Positions 27,147 to 36,780 are shown, counted from the first letter of the stretch. The stretch: DNA of 41,537 bases from Sphingomonadaceae bacterium (GCA_050261575.1 JBLNDL010000075.1:1-41537); one strand, 5' to 3'. Numbers and translations are program-made. The notes: a model not told the origin generated them from the letters alone.

Positions 27147-28163
27147 GTGTCGAAGCCGCCCCCAGTGGTCTCCGTCGCCATCGTCTCGTTCAACACGCGG
27201 GAGCTGCTGCGGCGTTGCCTCGCCTCGGTGGTGGAGAACCCTCACCACCGGATCGTGACGGGGGCGGCCTGGGCGCTTACCCCTTCGCCGCCGCGGCCCT
27301 CTTCGGTCACCGGTGGTGGACCTCCACACCACCGATCGCCTCTGCCCATTGAGATCGTCGTCGTCGACAACGGCTCTGCCGACGGCAGCGCCGACATGGT
27401 CGAGCAACAGTTCCCCCAGGTCCGTCTCGTTCGAGCGGGGGAGAATCTCGGGTTCGCCAGAGCCACCAACGCCGGCCTCAAGCGGTGCCACGGAGGACTG
27501 CTCCTGCTGCTGAACCCCGACACCGAGGTAATCGGTGATAGTCTGGTGCGCATGGCCGACTTCCTGGCTGCCCACAAGCTCGTCGCTGCCGTCGGTCCTT
27601 CGCTGCTCTACCCGGATGGTCGCCCTCAACACGGTGCCTTCAGCTTCCCAAACCTGTGGATGAGCTTCTTCGACTTCTTTCCCCTCAATCACCGTCTGAC
27701 AGAATCCAGGATCAACGGGCGGTATCGCACCCCCGCCAACGGGAGCCCGTTCTCCATCGACCACCCACTTGGGGCAGCGATGATGGTGAGGAGAGAGGCA
27801 CTAGTGGACGTTGGGCTGCTAGACGAAGGCTTCTTCATGTACTGCGAGGAGATAGACTGGTGCCTCCGGGCCAAGCGACGCGGCTGGAAGATCTATCAGG
27901 TCCCCTCTGCGCGGGTGATCCACCATGGGGGCCAGAGCACGGGCCAGTTTCGAGAGGAGATGTTCGTCGAACTGCACCGCAGCCGGTACCGACTGTTTGC
28001 GAAGCACTACACACCTTCGTTCGTCACCGGCCACCGAATCATCACCAGGATCGGGCTCGCCAGGGAGATGGCTCGCGCCCACTGGCGGGCTTTCCGTGGG
28101 GTCATCGGCCGGGACGAGTTGGCGCGCCGCCTCCAGGCTTACCGTGCCATCTGGAGCATGTGA
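27147..28163 (+). CDS. Glycosyltransferase family 2 (WbbL-like)
   Basis: VSVAIVSFNT, VVDNGSADGS, NLGFARATN, LLNPD, FFMYCEEIDWC. GTG start after GGAGGA. Confidence 0.93.
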   Translation: MSKPPPVVSVAIVSFNTRELLRRCLASVVENPHHRIVTGAAWALTPSPPRPSSVTGGGPPHHRSPLPIEIVVVDNGSADGSADMVEQQFPQVRLVRAGENLGFARATNAGLKRCHGGLLLLLNPDTEVIGDSLVRMADFLAAHKLVAAVGPSLLYPDGRPQHGAFSFPNLWMSFFDFFPLNHRLTESRINGRYRTPANGSPFSIDHPLGAAMMVRREALVDVGLLDEGFFMYCEEIDWCLRAKRRGWKIYQVPSARVIHHGGQSTGQFREEMFVELHRSRYRLFAKHYTPSFVTGHRIITRIGLAREMARAHWRAFRGVIGRDELARRLQAYRAIWSM

Positions 28164-28164
28164 A

Positions 28165-28929
28165 TTGGCCACCATTTGTGGCGCCATCATAGCCCGAGAC
28201 GCAGCCGACACCATCGAACGCTGCCTGGCGAGCCTAGCGTGGACCGACGGCCAGGTGGTGGTGGTGGACGACCGGACCGCGGACGCGACGGCGGAGATCG
28301 CCGCCCGCCGGGGAGCACTGGTCGACGTGAGGCCGTTCGTCGACTTCGCTCGCCAGCGCAACGCCGCGCTCCAGCTCGCGGCCACGGACTGGGTCCTCTT
28401 CGTGGACGACGACGAAGTCGTGACCGATGAGCTGGCGGCGGAGATCCGCGCCACCATCGAGAGCCCCAAACCCGCTGCCGGATACTGGATCCCCCGCAAG
28501 AACCTGCTCTTCGGCCGCTGGGTCCGCCACGCAGGATGGAGCCCCGACTACCAACTCCGGCTCCTGCGCCGGCAGGACGCCCACTATCGGGAGGACCGCA
28601 CCGTACACGAACTGGTGGATCTTCGCGGCGAGGCGGGCTATCTCCGCAATCGGCTGGTCCACCACAACTACTCGAGCCTCCACGAGTTCCTCGCACGCCA
28701 GCGAACCTACGCGGCAATGGAGGCGGCGGACATGTTCCGGCGCGGGGTGCGCGTCAAGCCTCGCAACTACCTCCTGCAGCCGTGGCGCCAGTTCTGGCGT
28801 CGGTACGTGACCTGGCAAGGGTATCTGGACGGGGGACTGGGGCTCCTGCTCTCCCTGTTGATGGGCTACTACGAGTTGAGGACCTACCTGGAACTCGGGC
28901 GGATGTGGCGTTGCGCCCGAAACGGCTAG
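28165..28929 (+). CDS. Glycosyltransferase family 2 (beta-1,4-glucosyltransferase/KdtX-like)
   Basis: IIARDAADTIERCL, FARQRNAAL, WVLFVDDDE, PDYQLRL, VHE, GYLDG. TTG start right after the upstream stop. Confidence 0.9.
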   Translation: MATICGAIIARDAADTIERCLASLAWTDGQVVVVDDRTADATAEIAARRGALVDVRPFVDFARQRNAALQLAATDWVLFVDDDEVVTDELAAEIRATIESPKPAAGYWIPRKNLLFGRWVRHAGWSPDYQLRLLRRQDAHYREDRTVHELVDLRGEAGYLRNRLVHHNYSSLHEFLARQRTYAAMEAADMFRRGVRVKPRNYLLQPWRQFWRRYVTWQGYLDGGLGLLLSLLMGYYELRTYLELGRMWRCARNG

Positions 28930-28952
28930 CCCCCGCAGCGAGGGAGGCACGA

Positions 28953-28990
28953 AGAGCACGGAGCCCCTCGCCGGCCGACTCCGTGCTCTC
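28953..28990. terminator. Hairpin between convergent GT2 and ADH genes
   Basis: AGAGCACGGAG...CTCCGTGCTCT, 11-bp stem. Confidence 0.5.
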
Positions 28991-29036
28991 CGCGCCCCCG
29001 TGCTCCCGCTCGGCCTCCGGCCCCTCCGCCGCCCGT

Positions 29037-30179
29037 CTATCCCGCTACCTGCGTGGACGCAGGGGTCTCCAGGACGATCTTCACGTGCTGCCCCTGCTTC
29101 TGATCGTACTCGCGGTAGGCGTCGGGCGCCTTCTCCAGGGGCAAGCTGTCGGTGACGATGAAGCTGGGGTCGACGGTGCCGTCTTGCACCGTCCGCATCA
29201 GCAGGGGAATGTACTTGCGGTGATTGCAGTTGCCCGCGCGAAGGGTGAGGTTCTTCTGCTGAATCATGTTCAGCGGGAAGTCCTGCATCTTGTCGGGGTA
29301 GAGCCCGACGATGCTCAGCGTGCCTGCCTTCTTCGCGCACCGCGCCTCCCACTCGATGGCCTGGACGGAGCAGTCGTGCCCGGCACTGGGGGCGTGGCCC
29401 ACGGCGCATCGCGCATCCACCCCGACGGCATCGATGACGCAGTCCACCCCGCTACCGCCCGTTAGATCCATGATCTGCTGGACGGGGTCGCCATCGGCGA
29501 AGTTGATGGTCTCGAACCCACGTTGCGCCGCCATATCCAGGCGGCCCTGGACGTTGTCCACAGCGAAGACCCGCCCCGCGTCCATCAGCTTGGCGCTCTC
29601 CATCGACATGAGCCCGACCGGACCCGCGCCGAAGACCGCCACGGCGTCCCCGGGGCCGACGTTGGCCAGATCGGCCGCGAAGTAGCCGGTGGGGAAGATG
29701 TCCGTCAGCACGATCGCCTGCTCGTCGGCGACCTCATCGGGGACTTTGAGCGGTCCCACCGTGGCGAAGGGGACGCGCACGTACTCGGCCTGCCCGCCCT
29801 GGTATCCCCCCGCGTCGGCGGGGCCGCCGAAGAAGGCGGTGGAGTGGGTCATCGGATTCGCGTTCTCGCACTGGGCATAGAGTCCCTGGGTGCAGAAAGC
29901 GCAGTAGCCACAGGCGATGGTGGAGGGAACCAGCACCCGATCCCCTACCCTAAGGTTCTTCACCTTCTCCCCGCACTCCTCCACCACACCGACGAACTCG
30001 TGTCCCAGGATGGTGCCAGACTGCATGCCGGGCATCGTGCCTCTGTAGGGGTGGAGATCGGTGCCGCAGATGGAGGCGAGGGTGACCCTCAGGATGACGT
30101 CCTCGGGGGACTGAAGTATGGGCTTTGGAACGTCGTCGACCCGCACGTCGTGCGGGCCGTGGTAGACCACGGCTTTCAT
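29037..30179 (-). CDS. Zinc-dependent alcohol dehydrogenase (formaldehyde-dehydrogenase-like MDR)
   Basis: ICGTDLH, GHE, CGYCAFC...C, GGQAEYVRVP, DIFPTGY, GAGPVG. Confidence 0.93.
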   Translation of the reverse strand: MKAVVYHGPHDVRVDDVPKPILQSPEDVILRVTLASICGTDLHPYRGTMPGMQSGTILGHEFVGVVEECGEKVKNLRVGDRVLVPSTIACGYCAFCTQGLYAQCENANPMTHSTAFFGGPADAGGYQGGQAEYVRVPFATVGPLKVPDEVADEQAIVLTDIFPTGYFAADLANVGPGDAVAVFGAGPVGLMSMESAKLMDAGRVFAVDNVQGRLDMAAQRGFETINFADGDPVQQIMDLTGGSGVDCVIDAVGVDARCAVGHAPSAGHDCSVQAIEWEARCAKKAGTLSIVGLYPDKMQDFPLNMIQQKNLTLRAGNCNHRKYIPLLMRTVQDGTVDPSFIVTDSLPLEKAPDAYREYDQKQGQHVKIVLETPASTQVAG

Positions 30180-30347
30180 AGCCTCTCAACTCCTCGTCGA
30201 TTGTGCTCGCAGTCACGCTCCGCATCGGCGCGGACTGCGCCCTTGCAGCAACATGTGGGCCAGCGCGACGGGGGTTCGGCGTGTTGACTCTGCGGCGAGG
30301 CAGGAACGCGATCGCCGAGGCAGCCCGCATACTTAACTACGGCAATA

Positions 30348-30392
30348 ATCGGGGTTTCCCCTGATGGACATCTCCGCTTAACCTGGTAAAGT
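30348..30392 (+). promoter_or_regulatory. Palindromic operator abutting the -35 of the DoxX promoter
   Basis: ATCGGGGTTTCCCCTGAT (30348-30365), then TGGACA-16nt-TAAAGT with TGG extension. Confidence 0.5.
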
Positions 30393-30467
30393 ACCTCCGC
30401 CTGGGGCGGACGGTCGCCCCGAATAGCGAATCACATGCACTCGTAATTCACAGGAAGGAGTCCATCG

Positions 30468-31067
30468 ATGTCCTCCACAACCAAACGCCAGACGGTCGTC
30501 GAAGACCCCCCTCTGGCCAAGGCCCTCTTTGGCGATACCAGGCTGTCCTGGCTCTGGCTACTGGTCCGCCTGTACGTGGGCTATTCCTGGATCACCTCCG
30601 GCCTCGGGAAGCTGAGCAACCCGGCCTGGATGGACACCGGAGCCGCACTAAAGGGGTACTGGACCAGCGCCGTGGCGATCCCCGCCACCGGCAAGCCCCC
30701 CATCACCTTCGACTGGTACCGCGACTTCCTCAACATGTTGCTCGCCGGAAACCACCACGTCTGGTTCGCCAAGCTCGTGGCCTTCGGTGAGATGGCCGTG
30801 GGCCTCGCCCTGATCCTGGGCGCTTTCGTGGGGATCGCCGCCTTCTTCGGCGGCTTCATGAACTGGAACTTCATGATGGCGGGCACGGCCAGCACCAATC
30901 CGGTGATGTTCAGCCTCGCCATCGCCCTGATGCTGGCCTGGAAGACCGCCGGTTACCTCGGCGCCGACCGAGTCCTCCTGCCGCTGCTCGGCACGCCGTG
31001 GCGGCGCGGCCAGGTCTTCGGCGAGGCGGCGGTCACCGAAAGGGCATCCTCGTCGTCCAAGGCGTAG
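30468..31067 (+). CDS. DoxX/DoxD family membrane protein
   Basis: WLLVRLYVGYSWITSGLGK, WYRDFL, GEMAVGLALILG, NFMMAGTASTNP, GADR. RBS AAGGAG. Confidence 0.9.
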   Translation: MSSTTKRQTVVEDPPLAKALFGDTRLSWLWLLVRLYVGYSWITSGLGKLSNPAWMDTGAALKGYWTSAVAIPATGKPPITFDWYRDFLNMLLAGNHHVWFAKLVAFGEMAVGLALILGAFVGIAAFFGGFMNWNFMMAGTASTNPVMFSLAIALMLAWKTAGYLGADRVLLPLLGTPWRRGQVFGEAAVTERASSSSKA

Positions 31068-31092
31068 GAACCCTCCGCGGCCCAGGACCGAA

Positions 31093-31124
31093 AGAAGGGG
31101 CCGGCTCCCCTGCCGGCTCCTTCT
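31093..31124. terminator. Probable bidirectional terminator
   Basis: AGAAGGGGCCGGC-TCCCCT-GCCGGCTCCTTCT between convergent stops. Confidence 0.6.
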
Positions 31125-31130
31125 CCCATC

Positions 31131-34031
31131 CTACCCCTGCCTCAGCGCCATCTGGATCACCTGCGCCAAGTGCAGCGCCCGTCGGTCCGTGCACTGGGCT
31201 ATCTGCTCCCTGCAACTGAAGCCGTCCGCCACTATCAGGCTGTCCCTGGGGGCGCTCCTCACCGCAGGCAGCAACACCCGCTCCCCGATTTGGACCGACA
31301 GCTCGTAGTGTCCCTTCTCGAAGCCGAACGGCCCGGCCATGCCGCAGCAGCCGCTGTCGAGCAGGGTGAACTCCAGGCCCAACCGGTCGAGCAGCGCCTC
31401 ATCGTGGCCCATCTGCATGATGGACTTGTGGTGGCAATGGCCGTGCACCACGGCCTTCCGCTCCAGTCGAGGCATGCGAAAGCCGCCAGCCTCCCGCTCC
31501 AGGAATTCGCCGAGCAGATAGCTCTGCCGGCTCAGCCTCGCGGCCCTCTCCTCCTCGGGGAACAGCGCAGGCAGCTCGTCACGGAAGACCGATAGGCAGC
31601 TCGGCTCCAGTCCCACAACCGGCACACCAGCGTCGATGTCGGGGCCGAGGGCGTCCATCACGCGCTCGAGCAGCCGCCGGGCCAGCCCGAGCATGCCGTA
31701 GTCGTAGAGGGGACGGCCACAGCAGAGGTCGCTCTTCGGCAGCACCACCTGGAAGCCGGCGGCCTCCAACACCTCGACTGCCGCCCGTCCAACCTCGGGG
31801 TCGAAGTGGTTGTTGAACGTGTCGGGCCACAGGATCACCCTGGGCATCCCGTGGTTGCGAGGCGCCCTCTTTCTGAACCACTGCTCGAAGGTCTGAGAGG
31901 CAAATGCGGGGATGCTGCGCTCCGGGGCGATGCCAGCAGCGACCTTGGCCAGATCCCGCAGGAGGGGCGTCTGGGTGAAGAAGTTGGCCACACCGGGGGC
32001 ACGAGAGGCGAGGCGTGCCCAGTACATGATCAGGCCGAAGACATAGGCGCTCCTCGGCCGCAGCCGGCCCTCGTAGTAGTGGGAGAGGAACTCCGCCTTG
32101 TAGGTGGCCATGTCCACGTTCACCGGGCAGTCGCCCTTGCACCCCTTGCAAGCCAGGCAGAGGTCCAGAGACTCCTTCACCCGCTCGTCCCTCCACCCGC
32201 CGGTGATCACGTCACCGCGCAGCATCTCGAACAGCAGGCGAGCGCGACCGCGAGTGGAGAATCTCTCCTCCCGCGTCGCCATGAAGCTGGGGCACATGGT
32301 CCCGCCGTCCAGCCGCCTGCACTTGCCCACCCCGACGCATCGCAGGGAGGCTTCGGCGAAGCTGCCGTCCTCCTCGGGAAATCGAAAGTGGGTCTTTGGC
32401 CGCCACGGCCGATAGTCAGCACCGAGGCGAAGGTTCTCGTCCGCCTGGTACGGATCCACCACCTTGCCGGGGTTCATCTTCCCGACCGGATCCCACAACC
32501 CTTTGAACTCGCGGAACGCTCCGACCAGATCGTCACCGAACATCTTGGGAAGCAGCTCTGCGCGAGCCTGGCCGTCGCCGTGCTCGCCAGAGAGGGAGCC
32601 TCCGTACCTGACCACGAGGTCGGCCCCCTCCTGGAGGAACGAGCGGAACTTGGAGATGCCCTCCGCCGTGGCGAGGTCGAAGTCGATCAGGGCGTGGACG
32701 CACCCTTGGCCATAGTGGCCGTAGAAGCCGCCGTGGTAGCCGTACCCATCCAGTAGACGGCGCAGCTCGCGCAGGTAGTCGCCAAGCCTCTCCGGGGCGA
32801 CTGCCGAGTCCTCCCAGCCCGGCCAGGTGTTCCTCATGCCGGGCACGTGGGCGGAGGCGCCAAAGCCCGATTCCCTCAGGGCCAGCATCATCTGGCGCCC
32901 GGCACGGTCCGCGAACACCTTCATCCCGGTGACGGTCCCGCGTCGCCCAAGGCGGTCCATCGCCTCACGAGCGCGGTCGTTGGCGTCCGCTTGGGTCTCG
33001 CCGCCGAACTCCACCAGGAACCAGCCGTCCCCCTCGGGCAGGAGTGCCACGTTGTCCAGCAGTATCCGCTTTCGATGCATGTACTCGACCAGCCGGTCGT
33101 CCAGGCCCTCCAGCCCAATGGGCCCGTGAGCCATCACCTCCATCACCTCGTCGCTGGCGCGGAAGATGTCGGGGAAACCAAGCACCAGCAGCGTCCGCCC
33201 TGGAGGGCTCGGCACCAGCCGAAGAGTGGCCTCCAGCACAGTCACGCAGCTCCCCTCTGTGCCCACCAGCGCACGCGCGACGTTGAACCCCTTCTCCGGC
33301 AGCAGTTGGTCCAGGTTGTAGCCAGAGACCCTCCTTGGGATCCGCGGGTAGCGGTCCCTGATCAGTTCGGCGTAGCGGTCGCGCAACGACTTCAGTCCGG
33401 CGTAGATCTGACCCCGCCTGCCCCCGGCCTGAATGATGGTGTCCAGGTCCTGCTCGCGGGTCGGCCCCACCCGGAGCCGCAGGCCGTCGTACGTCAGGAC
33501 CTCCAACTCCTCCACGTTGTCCACGGTGTTGCCGGCCATGACGGAGTGGACGCCACAGGAGTTGTTCCCGATCATCCCACCCAAGGTGCAGCGGTTGTGC
33601 GTGGAGGGATCGGGCCCAAACGTGAGTGCGTGGCGCTCGGCGGCGTTCCGCAGGTCGTCCAGGATGGTTCCGGGCTCCACCCGCGCGCGCCTACCCTGAG
33701 GGTCGAGGTCGATCACACGGTTGAGGTACTTCGAGAAGTCCATGACGACCGCCACGTTGCAGCACTGCCCGGCCTGGCTCGTGCCCGCGCCGCGGGGAAG
33801 GATCGGGGCACCGAAACGCCGGCAGACCTCCACCGTCTCGACCACGTCCTCGACGGTGCGAGGGATCACCACTCCGATGGGCACCTGCCTGTAGTTGGAC
33901 GCGTCGGTCGAGTAGAGGGCCCTGCTCCCGAGGTCGAACCTCACCTCGCCCCGAATCCTGCGTCTCAGTTCAGTGGCCAACTCCTCGGCATCGCCAAGGA
34001 AACGTCGGGCATCGCGGTTGGTGTGCTCCAT
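31131..34031 (-). CDS. FAD-linked oxidoreductase with 4Fe-4S and CCG domains (YdiJ/D-2-hydroxyacid dehydrogenase-like)
   Basis: YSTDASNY, RGAGTS, GGMIGNNSCG, SGEHGDG, CVGVGKC, CLACKGCKGDCP, CCGRP, HGHCH, CCGMAG. True start ATG 34031 (MEHTNRD). Confidence 0.93.
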   Translation of the reverse strand: MEHTNRDARRFLGDAEELATELRRRIRGEVRFDLGSRALYSTDASNYRQVPIGVVIPRTVEDVVETVEVCRRFGAPILPRGAGTSQAGQCCNVAVVMDFSKYLNRVIDLDPQGRRARVEPGTILDDLRNAAERHALTFGPDPSTHNRCTLGGMIGNNSCGVHSVMAGNTVDNVEELEVLTYDGLRLRVGPTREQDLDTIIQAGGRRGQIYAGLKSLRDRYAELIRDRYPRIPRRVSGYNLDQLLPEKGFNVARALVGTEGSCVTVLEATLRLVPSPPGRTLLVLGFPDIFRASDEVMEVMAHGPIGLEGLDDRLVEYMHRKRILLDNVALLPEGDGWFLVEFGGETQADANDRAREAMDRLGRRGTVTGMKVFADRAGRQMMLALRESGFGASAHVPGMRNTWPGWEDSAVAPERLGDYLRELRRLLDGYGYHGGFYGHYGQGCVHALIDFDLATAEGISKFRSFLQEGADLVVRYGGSLSGEHGDGQARAELLPKMFGDDLVGAFREFKGLWDPVGKMNPGKVVDPYQADENLRLGADYRPWRPKTHFRFPEEDGSFAEASLRCVGVGKCRRLDGGTMCPSFMATREERFSTRGRARLLFEMLRGDVITGGWRDERVKESLDLCLACKGCKGDCPVNVDMATYKAEFLSHYYEGRLRPRSAYVFGLIMYWARLASRAPGVANFFTQTPLLRDLAKVAAGIAPERSIPAFASQTFEQWFRKRAPRNHGMPRVILWPDTFNNHFDPEVGRAAVEVLEAAGFQVVLPKSDLCCGRPLYDYGMLGLARRLLERVMDALGPDIDAGVPVVGLEPSCLSVFRDELPALFPEEERAARLSRQSYLLGEFLEREAGGFRMPRLERKAVVHGHCHHKSIMQMGHDEALLDRLGLEFTLLDSGCCGMAGPFGFEKGHYELSVQIGERVLLPAVRSAPRDSLIVADGFSCREQIAQCTDRRALHLAQVIQMALRQG

Positions 34032-34221
34032 GCGGCTCGACCACCCCTTCTTCCATTGAGTGCGGTTGGGCCGACGGCGGCCCGAGACGGCAATCGCGAG
34101 GTGTCGCGGTGCGGGTTGGGGAGGCTGGTTCCGAACCCTCCAGGCACGGACCCAGTCGGCCGCAGCCTGGCCGGGGCTCCAGGGAAGATGAAGAGGCAAG
34201 AGGCATGCCATCCCTCCCTCC

Positions 34222-34250
34222 TTGACCGTCATCAGGGTAGCTAGTAAACT
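34222..34250 (+). promoter_or_regulatory. Promoter of the kinase/ANTAR operon
   Basis: TTGACC-17nt-TAAACT. Confidence 0.65.
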
Positions 34251-34295
34251 GCCACTCGGTAAGAAACCGTCCAGTGCGATGGGGCACGCAAATCG

Positions 34296-35426
34296 ATGCT
34301 TCGTGGAGCCATTGGCCGCATCGTCGAGATCCTCGTCCGCCACGCCCTCACCACAACCGCCAACTGGCTGGAGGAGAACTCCGACCTCGTCGTGGCGACG
34401 TGGGGCGAACGGCTTCACCTGTCCATGCCCAGCTACGTCCCCCTGATTCCGGAGATGCAGGGGTGGGGCACCCGGAGCCTCGGCCTCCTGGTGCAGATGC
34501 TTCGAGCTCGGGAGGATCCGGAGCGCGACAGGATCACCTCGGAACTCGAGCGTGTCGGGCGCGAAATGGCCTCGCTTCACCTGGAGCGCGGCATCCCACT
34601 CTACGAGATCCTCAGGGCAGCGTCGCTCTTCCGGCTCTCTGTCCTCAACGCGGTCGAGAGGATGCTGCGCAGCCGGATGTGGATCGCCTTTCCCCTGGAC
34701 ATCCTCAAGGCCGAAGATGTGATCAACATGGCACTCGACAATCAGATGCTGATCACCTCCGAGTCCTACCTGGAGGAGCGCGACCGGATCATCCAGCACA
34801 GCCAGTCCGAACTGGAGGCAACCAACCACCAGTTGAAGGTGCTCGTTCAGGAGATGCACCACCGGATCAAGAACAACCTTCAGACTGTCGCGGACCTGCT
34901 GACCCTGGAGATCCACAGCGGCCGCAACATCCCGACGGAGATGGCCCTCAGGGAGAGCATCTCTCGCGTCAGGAGCATCGCGGCCGTTCACGAGCTGCTG
35001 TCGGCGGAGAACATCCGGGTCGCGGACATCAAGGAGCTCGCGGAGCTGATCACCGAGAACTGCGCCAACAGCATGGCGGGCTCTCACGGCCGCGTGAAGT
35101 GCATCGTGCAGGGAGAGAGCATCCTCCTCCCGTCGAAGCAGGCGACGGCGTTGGCGCTGGTAATGACCGAGCTGGTGAACAACGCCCTGGAGCACGCCTT
35201 CAACGGCGATACCGGGACCCTGCTTCTCTCCCTCGTCGAGCAGGACGGAGAGGTGAGGGTCTCGGTGCGGGACAACGGGAAGGGCCTTCCACCCGGCTTC
35301 GACGTGGAGACCGGGTCCAATCTCGGGCTACAGATAGTGCGCACCCTGGTGACGAAGGATCTCAACGGCACCCTGGAACTGCATTCTGATGGTGGAACCA
35401 CCGCAACAGTGAGGTTCGCAAAATGA
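34296..35426 (+). CDS. Soluble sensor histidine kinase (HisKA_2 type) with helical RsbRD_N/globin-like N-terminal domain
   Basis: EMHHRIKNNLQ H-box, ELVNNALEHAF, DNGKGLP, LGLQIV. No TM helix. The sensor-domain assignment is pattern-based (VGREMASLHLERGIPLYEILRA). Confidence 0.88.
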   Translation: MLRGAIGRIVEILVRHALTTTANWLEENSDLVVATWGERLHLSMPSYVPLIPEMQGWGTRSLGLLVQMLRAREDPERDRITSELERVGREMASLHLERGIPLYEILRAASLFRLSVLNAVERMLRSRMWIAFPLDILKAEDVINMALDNQMLITSESYLEERDRIIQHSQSELEATNHQLKVLVQEMHHRIKNNLQTVADLLTLEIHSGRNIPTEMALRESISRVRSIAAVHELLSAENIRVADIKELAELITENCANSMAGSHGRVKCIVQGESILLPSKQATALALVMTELVNNALEHAFNGDTGTLLLSLVEQDGEVRVSVRDNGKGLPPGFDVETGSNLGLQIVRTLVTKDLNGTLELHSDGGTTATVRFAK

Positions 35427-36004
35427 TGGAGACCTTGAGGGTCGTTCTGGCCGACGACGAGAGCATCCGGCTCATGAGTCTCAAGACCCAGTTGGAGTCG
35501 CTGGGACTTCAGGTGGTAGGAGAGGCGGTCAACGGCAAGCAGGCCGTCGACCTGGTCTGTCGGCTCAAGCCCGATCTGGCTATCCTCGACATCAAGATGC
35601 CGGAGATGGACGGGTTGGAGGCCGCAAAGGCCATCGCCGCCGAGTATCCCATCCCGGTAATCGTGCTGACAGCTTACAGCGAGCGCTCTCTGGCCGAGAG
35701 GGCGATCGAGGCAGGGGTCTTCGCCTACCTCATGAAGCCGGTCTCCGAGGATGATCTCCTCCCGACGATCCTCCTCGCGAAGTCCCGCTTCCAGGAGTTC
35801 CAGGATCTCCGCAGGGGAATCAGCGATCTCAAGGAGGCGCTGGAGACCCGCAAGCTGATCGAGCGCGCCAAGGGGATCCTGATGGAGAGGCGCAACCTCA
35901 CGGAGGCGGAGGCCTTCCGCCGAATGCAGATCCAGAGCCAGAACGAGAACAAGAAGCTGGCGGAGATCGCCCAGGCGATCATCATGGCCGACCGGATGCT
36001 GTAG
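35423..36004 (+). CDS. ANTAR-domain response regulator (PdtaR/EutV-like RNA antiterminator)
   Basis: REC: LADDE, LDIKMP, LTAYS, YLMKP. ANTAR: LETRKLIERAKGILM...EAEAFRRMQ...AEIAQAII. ATGA overlap with the kinase. Confidence 0.95.
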   Translation: MMETLRVVLADDESIRLMSLKTQLESLGLQVVGEAVNGKQAVDLVCRLKPDLAILDIKMPEMDGLEAAKAIAAEYPIPVIVLTAYSERSLAERAIEAGVFAYLMKPVSEDDLLPTILLAKSRFQEFQDLRRGISDLKEALETRKLIERAKGILMERRNLTEAEAFRRMQIQSQNENKKLAEIAQAIIMADRML

Positions 36005-36039
36005 CGACTCCCTCACATCCTAGAAGGGCATCTTCCCCA

Positions 36040-36711
36040 ATGAGCCAGAGAAGGAAGCTGAGCAACCTCCGAGCCGACCCCAACACCGGCGGGAAGCCCG
36101 GAACTCGCCCCGCGGAACGAAGCCGGAGATCGCCGGCCCGCGCGCGGGCCGAGAGCCGCCGCCGCATCACCTTCGGCATCGTCGCCGTTGGGTTCCTCAT
36201 CGCGGTGTGGGTGCTCACCATGAGTCTCCGCCCGGATTCGGGCGTCGCGAGCCCTCAGTCCTCCCAAACCCAGGCCGGAACAGACACGGCGAGGCTGGAC
36301 GCTGCCATCGCACGCCTCCAGGAGCGGTTGCGGCAGAACCCGAACGACGTTGTCGCGATGGTGGAGTTGGGCAACGCCTACTACGACAGCGGCCGGTGGG
36401 GAGAGGCGATCCCATGGTACGAGCAGGCACTGCAGTCGATCCCCGCCAACACGGACGTGCGGACGGACCTTGGAACGGCCTACTTCTACTCCGGGAACCT
36501 GGAGAAGGCGAAGGAGGAGTGGTTCAAAGTGCTGGAGCAGGAGCCGAACAAGGTGCAGACCCACTACAATCTCGCGGTCCTCTACTCCCACATGACACCG
36601 CCGGATACAGAGAACGCGGCCAAGGCGTGGGAGACGGTGATCCGAGTGGCACCCGGCTCGGAGCAGGCGAAGGCCGCGGAGAAGCGGCTGAAGGACCTTG
36701 GCAGACGGTAG
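36040..36711 (+). CDS. Membrane-anchored tetratricopeptide repeat protein
   Basis: One TM helix (ITFGIVAVGFLIAVWVL), then TPRs: LGNAYYDSG...AIPWYEQAL, DLGTAYFYSG, HYNLAVLY. Confidence 0.88.
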   Translation: MSQRRKLSNLRADPNTGGKPGTRPAERSRRSPARARAESRRRITFGIVAVGFLIAVWVLTMSLRPDSGVASPQSSQTQAGTDTARLDAAIARLQERLRQNPNDVVAMVELGNAYYDSGRWGEAIPWYEQALQSIPANTDVRTDLGTAYFYSGNLEKAKEEWFKVLEQEPNKVQTHYNLAVLYSHMTPPDTENAAKAWETVIRVAPGSEQAKAAEKRLKDLGRR

Positions 36712-36738
36712 ACGCCCAGTCTTTCGTGTAAGAGACCG

Positions 36739-36766
36739 TTGACAGCCGGGCAACCGGGTGTATAAT
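36739..36766 (+). promoter_or_regulatory. Consensus sigma70 promoter of the rex operon
   Basis: TTGACA-16nt-TATAAT. Confidence 0.9.
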
Positions 36767-36780
36767 CACTGTGAACCGTT

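Noticed and set aside
34032..35195. 1354-aa ORF implying a large N-terminal fusion to the FAD oxidoreductase
   Set aside because: The extension is the antisense of the histidine kinase plus intergenic DNA; homology starts at ATG 34031.
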